This document shows positions 54,129 to 64,000 of a stretch of 64,000 bases of DNA, in pieces. The position numbers and the translations under genes were made by a program. Under the pieces are notes generated by a model, which worked only from the letters and a program-made list of their open reading frames with translations, ran no database searches and had not been told where the DNA came from. The stretch's first letter is position 1, and each line of letters opens with the position of its first letter. The stretch is from Octopus bimaculoides (Eukaryota), in contig NC_068984.1 of assembly GCF_001194135.2 (NCBI RefSeq), positions 53,361,510 to 53,425,509 of the forward strand, written 5' to 3'.

Positions 54129-54708
54129 TACATTGAAACACATTAATGGATCTCTACCTGCCATATTTATCTCATTTGGCATTATTCAGCCTAATGCTAT
54201 GATAGAAGATATTCATCCAAAGTACTACCTAGTGGGATTAAATGTGGTGTCATGTGGTTACCAAGCAAGCTTTTTCAGTATAGAGTCAGGCCAGTATTTT
54301 TCATTGGTAGAAAGTATTTTCTTAATGACTCCCTCATCATTAATTTAATACACTTTAATCTTACATATTTTGTATATCTAATTCCTCTCTCTACACACAA
54401 TTTTGTGCAACATCAAACATTACTTTCATGGATTTCCTTTTTCTCTCTCCCAACATCCTCCATTTCAATAGTTTCACTATTAAGCCTCTATAACACTTTA
54501 GTGAACACCTTTGACTGAAAACAAGATGGTGATTGTTAGAATCCTTTGTGCTGAACAAAATATCTAGTAGTATTTAATTCTGACCCTTTAGATTCTAAGT
54601 TCAAGTACTATCAAAATTAAGTTTGTTTTTTATCCTTCCAGGGTTGATGAGATAAAGTACTAGTTAAGTGCTGAAGTTGATTCAATCAATTGATACTGAT
54701 GTCTCAAA

Positions 54709-55380
54709 CAGTGGCAGTTCGTAGATAAAGTTAGTTGGGGTGCTACTTCAGAAAATTTTTAGCTGTTGTTTTAATATTGTGTAAAAGGAAACAAACATAT
54801 AAAAAGAAAATTTATACCTAAACTTGCTTGGTTCGCGTTTTATCCACTGCCGGGTGGTGTGTTTAATTTGTTCACTGAACACTACCACGAATTTCCCCTA
54901 AATCACAAAATAAGGGGGTGGGAGAATGTGCCCTATTTTTCAAATCCTGGCAGCAACACTGAAGCTGGAAGCAGAATAATAATCTAATTCTACACTTTAT
55001 CACATTCAAGAATATAAACATGTTTTTAAGCACAACATACGTGGAGTCAAAAAGAAACTATCTTTCATCCAGCACTGTTGTTCACGCAATGCTCTCTCTC
55101 CCTAGTGTGAAGCTTCCTATCTTGGACATGTGAGCAAGCACACAAAAGCCAAACACCACATTGCTGGAACCGTGAAGCACACAGTTCTATACAAGGATTT
55201 TTGTATTTATTTCATAAATTAGGGGATGGCTACAGACATTAAGCTTAAGGATTATATAATGTACAAGTATAAAGAAAGAATTAAAGAAAAAAGCACTCAT
55301 TATATTGAATGTTATCAATAATATCAAGTGGAAATAGGGGGTGCTGCAGTTCCACAGTTCCTATACATGAGCTGCCACTG
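54709..55380. mobile_element. Non-autonomous hAT-type element, 672 bp
   Basis: Termini cagtggcag...ctgccactg with an exact 8-bp TSD gtctcaaa (54701-54708 and 55381-55388). Confidence 0.88.
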
Positions 55381-56781
55381 GTCTCAAAGCAAAGTTGTTA
55401 CAGTATTAGTTACAATGCTGTGCAGAATTTCTTTGAGCTCTCTGCACTCTGAGTTCAAATCTCACTAAAGCCAACTTTACTTTTTATCTTTGGGTTAAGG
55501 GGTTGATAAATAAAATACTAGTCATGTACTGTGGCTAATTCTTCTTTCTTCTCTCTCACGTTTTCAAAATCAACTATAGCTGACAAGATGGTGTCTTGTA
55601 GAAAACATTAAAGAAAAGCCAAGGGAGACCATCTTTGTATTCTACAAAAATTCTATGACAAGAACTATGCGATTGTTGTGTTACATCACCAGGCATCTTT
55701 AATCAATCAGATGGCACAAAAAGAGAGCTGATGTCTCTCAGGTTTCTTCAAGCAATGAAACTATGGCTAAGAACCCCAAGTAAGTATTCTTAGTACTACT
55801 TGTACATTAAGAATGGATGAAAGAGTAAATCCCAACAACAACAATATTTCTATGAGAAGCAGTGACAACCAGATATTATTAACTTTGAAAGACATAATGG
55901 CAGAACATTGTTACAGAAATCCTATAATCAACAGGATATGAAGCATGTCTGTTATCATGCTTATCAGAAGCTGACAAAAGAAGAAAATTGAAAAGAAACA
56001 TTTGTCAAAGCTAAAACCCATATACTTGGCAGACAATCAACAGTAGTAGCAGTGAGAAGAGGTAACCATAGATCTCCCTAAAGCAAGACACCTACCTATC
56101 ATACTTGAATCTCTCATCACCTGGCATCAAGCCACCTCCCTCAATACAACTCCCCCCACTTCAGTTGAGGGTTTTATTTTGCAAGAAAGATACTTGAGCT
56201 GATTCCAAGTAAAAAGCACCCAGTACACTCTATAAAATGGTTGGCATTAGGAAGGATATCTAGTTGCAGAAACCATGTCAGATCAGACATCAGAACTTGA
56301 TGCAATCCTCTGATTTGCCAGCTCCTATTAAAATGTCCAACCTATGACAGCATGGAAAATAGACATTAAATGATGATGATGATGATGATGATGATGTAAG
56401 TTACATTATATTAAAATGTAATCAACTTTAACCATTCAAACACCTGAAATATTTGTAATTGTAAATAAAGTAAATAACATAATTGGCTTTATTACTTAAT
56501 TGTGAACTCTAAACACATAAGATGAACACTATATCGGTATATGTAAATAATATATATTTATTAATAATATGGTAAATACCTGTAATATATTTTCAGTTGA
56601 TTCAATGTACATAATACAAATAAATAAATAAGGATGAAACAATAAAAAAGCTTCAACCTGCAAAGTTCTCTGATGTTTTTTGTCATTCCAAAGAGTTTCA
56701 TTGAAGTGAATCTTGAAAAGCATCATTTATAAAACAACAAACAGTCTCAATAACTGGATTACATAATCAAATTTATAAATT

Positions 56782-57053
56782 CTAGAATCGATTAATGGCA
56801 GGTTTAACAAAGTTGTCTTTATATTCACTTTTGTAACTTAGAATAGGTTCTAAGCCAGCAGCCAACTGGGCAGCTTTTAAGGCTTCCTCTTTACTTAGAC
56901 TTTTTGTCTCCATTTCGTATGCTCTTAATGGCTCATCAGTCTTTCTCAAAATTTTGCTGTAGGCTGATTCACTTGTATCATTGCAAAAAATAGGTAAAGG
57001 ATCATGGAGCTCAACTGTTTCTTGAGGATAAAGACTGTCGATGGTAAGATAAC
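56782..57053 (-). CDS. Unidentified gene, terminal exon (YLTIDSLYPQETVELHDPLPIF...LSYKSEYKDNFVKPAINRF*); possibly a ciliary microtubule-inner-protein-like product
   Basis: ttttattttggaacag| acceptor, phase 1 start, 89 aa to TAG. The C-terminal YKSEYKDNF resembles the [TS]xYxxxF motif of SAXO/MIP-type proteins (inference). Confidence 0.82.
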
Positions 57054-59734
57054 CTGTTCCAAAATAAAACAATACAAACATTTATTACATTTACATCTAG
57101 TATCCTCATTATCATTGTTAGTGTTGTTTATATTACTCAGATGGTTTAATAAGTCAACCATAATTAAACTCCTTATTAAATAACTGCTGGTTTCCTAGAC
57201 ATAAGTCAAGTGGCCACTCCAGCATAATAATAGCAAGAGTAAGGAATGGAAAGAGACGATTTGGCACAAGTGATTGGATTTTGAGCCTGCTTTGGTGAAA
57301 ATAGCTTTTAGCACTGGAAGTGAACAAATATATGCACATGTGTGTACAGAAATACACACATACATATATGCATGCATGCATGCATACATACATAGAGAGA
57401 GAGAGGGATGTCATTACAATTTATTAACTGAATACAACTGACATAAACACCTTTCCCTTTTCTCATACACATAAAGAGAAATATATTCATATGTATAAAC
57501 AGATAGAGAGAAGGGGAATGGAGGAAAGAGCGATAGACAGACAAAGAGAAAGAAGAGAGGGAGAGAGAGAGAACAAGAGAAATATTAAAATGTTTGATGT
57601 CAAATAAGTCAGCATTGAATCAGTGATGCTAAATGAGCAGCACCAAGATGGCAGTACCAAAATATCTTATATCCAGTAAGGGGTATGTGGAAGAAATTCA
57701 AGGAACTGGTACTTTTTTTTTTAGCATTTTCTGTGAGAAGCAGAACATCTGAAACATGTGAAGAGTGTGATGCTGCATGGAATTGAGATATGGAAATTGA
57801 ATGTGAGAAATCTGCAGAGACTGAAGAGAAATAAGATGACCATGTTCCATTGGGTGTATAAGGTTTGCACAAAAAGCGGGACATGATTAAGCCGCAAAGA
57901 TGGTTAGGCATCAGTAGGAGGGACAACCGTATGGTATGGAGATGTGTAAACTGATAATGAATGGTGAGTAGAATCAATTGCTGTCAAATGCAAGAGATGT
58001 AAAGTGGTCAGATATCTAGATGCTGAGCTTCACAGATGAGATAACAGTTTGTGACTACTGGTAATATACTGTACAAAGGATGTGACCAACCCTGGCCAAA
58101 TAGAAAATGGAAGGTAAAACGTCAGTCATACTGAGAGTCATTATTATGTGTTCCTTGTTTGAATTTCAGTGGTTGACTTAGCCTTTTGTTCTTGAGTTGA
58201 TATAAAGTTGAAATTTAACAAGTAAAATATACTTGCTGGCTGATAGTTTTCACTGGTTTTGTTTTTGTTTACATTCAACTGGCATTGAATGAGCAGATTT
58301 GTGATCAGAGGCTATTTTTCAATGTCCCCTTCCTTTTTAAGATGGTAGGATGTGATATGAGGGAGATTTTACTTATATTTCTAAAATACTGCAAAACCAT
58401 ATAGAGATGTTTCATCATTGGCTCAGTAGTCTGGTTAAGTTTTGTAGTGGTTAAGATTTCCAGATAAACAAAAATAGGACAAGTTGAAAAAAACCCAAAA
58501 AACAGGTTGAGAGGAAGACGCACCAGACAAATCAGATGAATGTAACGTATTGTCTAGTTTCAAGGAACAACTTACTAAAAAGATCGCTTGCTTTTCACTT
58601 TTTCTTTTGTGGAAAGATAATGTGGGTGAAGATATTTAGTCAAAAGCCAAGAGTTCTTACAATCATCCAAGTGATTAGTATGAAGTTATTTGCCAACACC
58701 ACACTCCAACTTTTGTACTACAGAGCTACTGTCTTCTCGATCCCTTTCTTATCACTACTACTATAGTGATATCATCTACCTTGAAGCTGGATGATCCCAT
58801 ACCACCTCCATACAAATATTTCCAACTTGTCTCTTCTCTTGTCATCAATATTCTTCAAGCTCTGCACCAACGTCTTAGCCTGGTCCTTACTCCCTAGAAC
58901 ATTATCCTTTCCAGCTCAGGAACTCCCTCTTGCAGGAATTCTCTCATGGCCTACGTTTTTCCTGCAGCTGTCAAGAGAAATAGGTTAATGTCTGTCTTGT
59001 TCATAAAAGAGACATTAACTGTATTGATCTCACTGATATCACTGGTCTCAGAGGGTTAGCTAAGACCGTAAGCACAGTTCCTTTCACCAGACCAAACCAA
59101 TGAGAAGAAAAAGAATATCTATTCTAATTTGACATTATGCATCAATTCTGCCTTGTTAAACCCCGAAGAGTTTGAAATGAGAGTTGTGATGTTCACACTT
59201 TCCTCTTAAGAATCATTAAGATGCAAGAGGAATGAAAGAATAACAATCAGGAATTAAAACCGGGTGTCAAACTTATTGACTTGTCATGAACTCAATGACT
59301 ATTAGCTGTACAACTGGGGGAACGTACTACATTTATTCATAGGAAATATACTTTTTTTTATTCATTCACATGTTGTGTATTTAAGTATGTAATATCCTTC
59401 AAATATTATTACATGACCCTAAATTCATAAAAAATGAAATTGAGTGCCAGTGAAATGAATTGGTTCAACAGTGAAGCCTTCCTTGTTTGTTTTTAAAACT
59501 GAATACAATTTCTAATTTATTATCAAAAAGAATATGAAAACTGACAAACTTCCTTTTTAACACTTAGCATTTTTTTTGAAAACATCAATTATGTTATACC
59601 ACCTCAATTTAGATGTTATTAGAAACTCATCTACTTGGATGCATTGTTTGTACAATTACTAACAATCACAAATACAATTATTCATAGAAATTGATGGAAA
59701 CATTTATTAGCATGTTATATATTCTTTTACTTGC

Positions 59735-59860
59735 CTCTTGTGGTCAATTGCGGAAGCAGAGCTGCTCCAGTTCTAAGTTTTGTTCCTAGTACACCTGTTG
59801 GTTTCTCAACAGCATCATTCATTCTTTCAATGGGATTTATTTGTTTAATGGCACCAGGTG
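59735..59860 (-). CDS. Unidentified gene, penultimate exon (PGAIKQINPIERMNDAVEKPTGVLGTKLRTGAALLPQLTTR)
   Basis: tttttaacttcacag| acceptor and non-canonical AG|gcaagt donor; 126 nt, phase 1-1. Confidence 0.8.
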
Positions 59861-59919
59861 CTGTGAAGTTAAAAACAAAAAACACTGATAAGATCACTAT
59901 TGAGACAAAGGTACGTTAA

Positions 59920-60139
59920 CCCTTTTGTTACTGTATTTATTTTGAGATGCTCTGTGTTTCTCTCAGTTACTTCAAATATAACAAAGAATTTAGTGAAATA
60001 ACTTAGTTATCATTCAGCTAGTGTTAGGAACATAAATTGTGACTAAGGTTTGGTGGAAGATTTTAATTTAAAACTTATGAAAACAAGACATTTGTACTCA
60101 GAGCCAGAGCCGCTTTCAGCCGGGTTAGTAACGAAAGGG
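59920..60139. mobile_element. piggyBac-type MITE, 220 bp
   Basis: TIRs cccttttgttac / gtaacgaaaggg (1 mismatch), flanked by TTAA on both sides. Confidence 0.9.
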
Positions 60140-60480
60140 TTAAAGTACATTTCAAATGTTTGTACTTTGAACTTACCAAACCTATGGATAATATAAGAAT
60201 TTTCAAATTACTTAATTATCAGACAGCATCATAATTTTTCTTTTTATTTAATTTTTCACTTTTCTTTTCACTTGTGGTTTAAACTGCCATAAATGGCTTT
60301 TAGTGGCTTAGTCAGCAGAGGAAAACTTGCAAGAACCACAACATTTTTGTAGTGTTTCTAATATTGGTAGAACAAAAGATGGAAGTTGCTGTCAGACTAA
60401 TGAGCTGGTCTGAATGTTTGCAACAGAATGGACTCTGCTAATGGCACACATGTTAAATAATAATTGTTCATCTATATAGT

Positions 60481-60868
60481 TGGCACTCCGTTGGTTACGA
60501 TGATGAGGGTTTTCCAGTTGATCCAATCAACGGAACAGCCTGCTCGTGAAATTAACGTGCAGGTGGCTGAGCACTCCACAGACACGTGTACCCTTAACGT
60601 AGTTCTCGGGGGGGGGGGGAATTCAGCGTGACACAGTGTGACAAGGCTGACCCTTTGAATTACAGGCACAACAGAAACAGGAAGTAAGAGTGAGAGAAAG
60701 TTGTGGTGAAAGAGTACAGCAGGGTTCGCCACCACCCTCTGCCGGAGCCTCGTGGAGCTTTAGGTGTTTTCGCTCAATAAACACTCACAACGCCCGATCT
60801 GGGAATCGAAACCGCGATCCTACGACTGCGAGTCCGCTGCCCTAACCACTGGGCCATTGTGCCTCCAC
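60481..60868 (-). mobile_element. Young tRNA-derived SINE (family D)
   Basis: Reverse complement of the 3863-4243 family; 12-bp TSD catctatatagt at 60469-60480 and 60869-60880. Confidence 0.93.
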
Positions 60869-62049
60869 CATCTATATAGTATAACCAACATAAATTACAA
60901 TCGAAAGCTGGGTTTCCAGGATACAAGGGCCTCGTTGGTTCTTGTTTTAAGTCAGAATTAAGCTGAGTTAACAGAGTTTAGAAAAAAGATCAGCAGGCCT
61001 TTTACTCAGGATTCTAACTTAAGAACTGGTTAATTAACATATTTTACGTTATGATGAAATACTGTTCATCCAAATGGTCGAGATGGTTCTGTATAGCTAA
61101 AAGATTACCAACACACAAAGGGTTTGTTTCTAATAATCTGAAAAACTGAGATTATTATGTAATAACTCCAAACTGATTAGTTTAGTTGAAATTACTATTT
61201 AACCCTTTGAGTATTTTTTTATTCTTTTACTGGTTTCAATCTCTAGACTATTGACATGCTGGTGGACCAATTTTAATGGTTTTAGTTGATCATATTGAAT
61301 TTAGTATTTATTTTAATCAGCTACATATTTTACCAATCTCTGAATATTAAACGACTACTAAGGTGTGGTGTAAAGGGAGGCAACTCAATACAACGGTTTA
61401 CACGCACGCACAACAGGTGCAGGCGTGATTGTTTATGAAGAAGTTGGCATCCCAACCACATGGTTTTGAGTTCAGTCCCAAAGCCTTTTGAGTAGTTTTG
61501 ATGTGTGAGGTCATGTTATGTAAAAGTACTTTATTTGGGAAAACAAGGAAGGGTTGATGAAAGGAAAGATCAGGATCTGGACATAGAATACTGCCTAATT
61601 ATGTCTCATCCAATCAATGTCAGCAGACGTGTGTGTGCGTGTATGTGTGCGATAAATGTTCTTTTGAGCAGCATGGTTCTGATCAAATGATATTTGCTAG
61701 AAGAAGAAATGAAACATATTATGATTGAGAGCATTGTAAGTTAAATTTTAAAGTGGCAATCTTACTTTTGATAAAAATGACAAAAAAGCTAAAAGATTTC
61801 TAAATGAAAGATAGAATGGACTAAACAGAACAGGAAGAAACACATGGGATGGAGAGTTGCTGAAGAGGTCATAGGATGTGTGATGAAAAATTTCAGACAA
61901 AGGACACTAAAATAAGAACAATAATAAAGCTGAAGTGAAGAATGCATGTATAGTGCATGTGTTTATTTGACAAAAAAAAAAANNNNNNNNNNGCTGAAGT
62001 GAAGAATGCATGTATAGTGCATGTGTTTATTTGACAAAAAAAAAAAAAA

Positions 62050-62432
62050 ATGACCAGAAGTGGGTATGTGGTAAGTAGCTTGAATACTAACCACATGCTT
62101 CTGGGTTCAGTCCCATTGCGTGACACCTTGGGCAAGTGTCTTCTGCTATAAACTCAGGCCGAACAAAACCCTGTGAGTAGATTTTGTAGACAGAAACTGA
62201 AAGAAGCCTGTCATATATATATATATATATATATATGTATGTGCCTGCCATCATCGCTTAACAACTGATACTGGTGCGTTTGCGTCCCCGTAACTTAGCG
62301 GTTTGGCAAAAGAGACTGATAGAATAAGTACTAAGCTTACAAAGAATAAGTTCTGGGATTAATTTGTTCGACTAGAGGCAGTGCTCCAGCATGGCTGCAG
62401 TCAAATAACTGAAACAAATAAAAGAATAAAAG
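62050..62432 (+). mobile_element. Family-A composite SINE, near full length
   Basis: tRNA-like head, accttgggcaagtg (CORE-like) block, internal (TA)n, and gctccagcatggctgcagtcaaat tail. Other copies lie at about 33058-33466(+), 40316-40640(+), 23948-24150(+), 24897-25140(+), 38217-38440(+), 4893-5215(-), 6403-6742(-), 17040-17480(-), 21535-21925(-) and 53730-53885(-). Confidence 0.9.
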
Positions 62433-62523
62433 GGTATCCAAAAATATAACAATTTCTAAATGAGTTCTAACTTAATTAAAATAAGTTCAAAAGAAACATC
62501 ACAGTTGCTGTTTCATTTCTTAC

Positions 62524-62637
62524 CTGTAGCTAAAAGGTCACCACTATAAGATTGTGGAACGTCTCCTAGAGACTCATAATAGGATTCTATTAATGGAATT
62601 GGTAAAATATGTTTCCTTAATCCTTTTGCATGATGTT
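62524..62637 (-). CDS. Unidentified gene, internal exon (HHAKGLRKHILPIPLIESYYESLGDVPQSYSGDLLAT)
   Basis: tcttttatttcag| acceptor and G|gtaaga donor; 114 nt, phase 1-1, open. Confidence 0.82.
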
Positions 62638-62699
62638 CTGAAATAAAAGAATTCATAAAACATAACTGAAAGAAATTTCACTTAAATATATTAATTTAA

Positions 62700-62897
62700 C
62701 CCTTTTGTTACCAATCTACTTGAATTGCACTTTGTTCTATGATATAAACTTCCTGTTTCAAAGTGATGTAATTTAAATATTCCATCAAAAATCAGCAGCT
62801 TAATAATGACAAAGTTATTTTACTAAATTCTTCATTAATTTTTAAAGTAATTGAAACAAAGGCAGCACATTTCAACAGAAATATGGTAACAAAAGGG
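62700..62897. mobile_element. piggyBac-type MITE, same family as 59920-60139, opposite orientation
   Basis: TIRs cccttttgttacc / ggtaacaaaaggg; TTAA on the left and a degraded ttgg on the right. An internal segment is the reverse complement of one in the other copy. Confidence 0.82.
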
Positions 62898-63239
62898 TTG
62901 GTCTGAATACCTAGTAATCTCTTTGGCTTCAATGAATAAATGGACCCCCCCGCCACACACTTGGTGTTTGTAGTCTTGTGAACTGCATGGCGACCTTAGA
63001 AGTGCTGGTGGTACAAAAAAAGCACTCAATTTACTATGTAAAGTGGTTGTTGTTAAGAAGGGCATTCAGCCACAGAAACCATGCTAAAGTAGATAAATGG
63101 AGCATGAGGCAGTCCTTGGACCCATTGGATCCTGCCAAATCATCCAACCCATATCAGCGTTGAACATAGATGGTAAGTGATGATGATGATGATGATGATG
63201 ATAAATAGGTTTATGTGTGGAGTCAGTTATAGAGTAAAA

Positions 63240-63575
63240 GGATAAAGATGCCTTTTGGTCATGAATGACCATGGGCTTGCACCTAGAAAGTTCCCCTCCG
63301 AGGCACAAGTCTGGGCAAGGTTGTTTGTAGAAGGCCAGCAGTTGCCCATGCATACCAGTTTCTCCTCTCCACCCTTACTGATATTGTCTAAGGGAAAGGC
63401 AAAGGCTGATACAGCTTGGCACCTGCGATGTCACAACTCATTTCTACAGATGAGTGAACTGGAGTAACATGAAATAAAGTATCTTGCTCAAGAACACAAC
63501 ACACAACTCAGACTAGGAATCGAACTCACTACCTCGTTATTGTGAGCCTGATGCTGTAACCACTGAGCCATGTAT
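63240..63575 (-). mobile_element. tRNA-derived SINE (family E)
   Basis: The minus strand reads tggctcagtggttacagcatcaggctcac...gagttcgattcc (A/B boxes), then a CORE-like ttcttgagcaagatacttt block. Confidence 0.8.
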
Positions 63576-63777
63576 CTTCGGTATCTGGAGTATAAATTAG
63601 GTAAGTATGTATTATTAGTATTAGGATTGTTGACTGAATCTTGGTAGAGCAAATCTTTTTTCACTACAGATTATTGTGTACATCATCTGTCTCTGAGAAG
63701 TGGGTGTATTTAGTCGCTGAAAGATAATCCTGTCTCCTCCCTCTATGGATGTAGGACTAGATATAAGATAATATACC

Positions 63778-63935
63778 CAGATGATTTAATAACCACAGGG
63801 CATCCAGCTGTAGAAACTCTGCCAAATCAGACTGGAGCCTGGTGTTGCCATCCGGTTTCACCAGTCCTCAGTCAAATCGTCCAACCCATGCTAGCATGGA
63901 AAGCGGACGTTAAACGATGATGATGATGATGATGA
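63778..63935 (+). mobile_element. (GAT)n-tailed SINE / LINE-tail element (family B), young 5'-truncated copy
   Basis: gggcatccagctgtagaaac...ccatgctagcatggaaagcggacgttaaacgatgatgat. Related copies lie at about 12925-13125(+), 19159-19331(-), 23430-23675(+), 26047-26335(-), 36405-36660(-), 37885-38166(+), 56200-56397(+) and 63010-63200(+). Confidence 0.88.
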
Positions 63936-64000
63936 TCCAAAACTTAGTTGAAGTGAAGCATGTATAAGAGTACTGCTCAAATATACAAAATGTAGTGCAT

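Noticed and set aside
53666-54348. Multiple 100-160 aa ORFs (MYVC/HTYI repeats), also at 1-223 and 18642-19127
   Set aside because: Stop-free translations of TA/TG/TATG microsatellites.
61929-62050. ~54-bp direct repeat on both sides of a 10-N gap
   Set aside because: Typical unmerged contig overlap at a poly(A) run; assembly artefact.

Overview
AT-rich, intron-dominated animal genomic DNA with five N gaps. The SINE families and microsatellite density suggest an octopod cephalopod; this is inferred, not searched. No prokaryotic-type systems (CRISPR, operons) are present. I reconstructed three genes by hand from splice sites and phases. (1) A complete 7-coding-exon minus-strand gene (44933 to 11487; 1389 nt, 462 aa) resembling C6orf118 (TSNAXIP1_N-type coiled-coil protein), with a likely non-coding first exon and an RFX X-box near 49.4-49.6 kb. 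(2) The last three exons of an unidentified minus-strand gene (62637 to 56782), joined through a GC-AG intron and ending in a motif like those of microtubule inner proteins. (3) Tentatively, the last two exons of a plus-strand membrane-protein gene (3228-5961). The rest is transposon-derived: several tRNA-derived SINE families (some nested, with exact TSDs), a full-length decayed DD34D mariner, a second mariner fragment, a decayed KIAA1586-like hAT, a 5'-truncated Tx1-like LINE with a 10-bp TSD, RTE fragments, piggyBac/Tc1/hAT MITEs and a probable solo LTR. The most unusual items are a hairpin-capped ~790-bp foldback, an unidentified decayed ORF split by the Tx1 insertion, a small antisense SAP-domain ORF, an exact 172-bp dispersed duplication, and TTAA MITEs just upstream of three splice acceptors. 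I found no convincing new biological system. All homology calls come from recalled motifs, not database searches, and many repeat boundaries are approximate.
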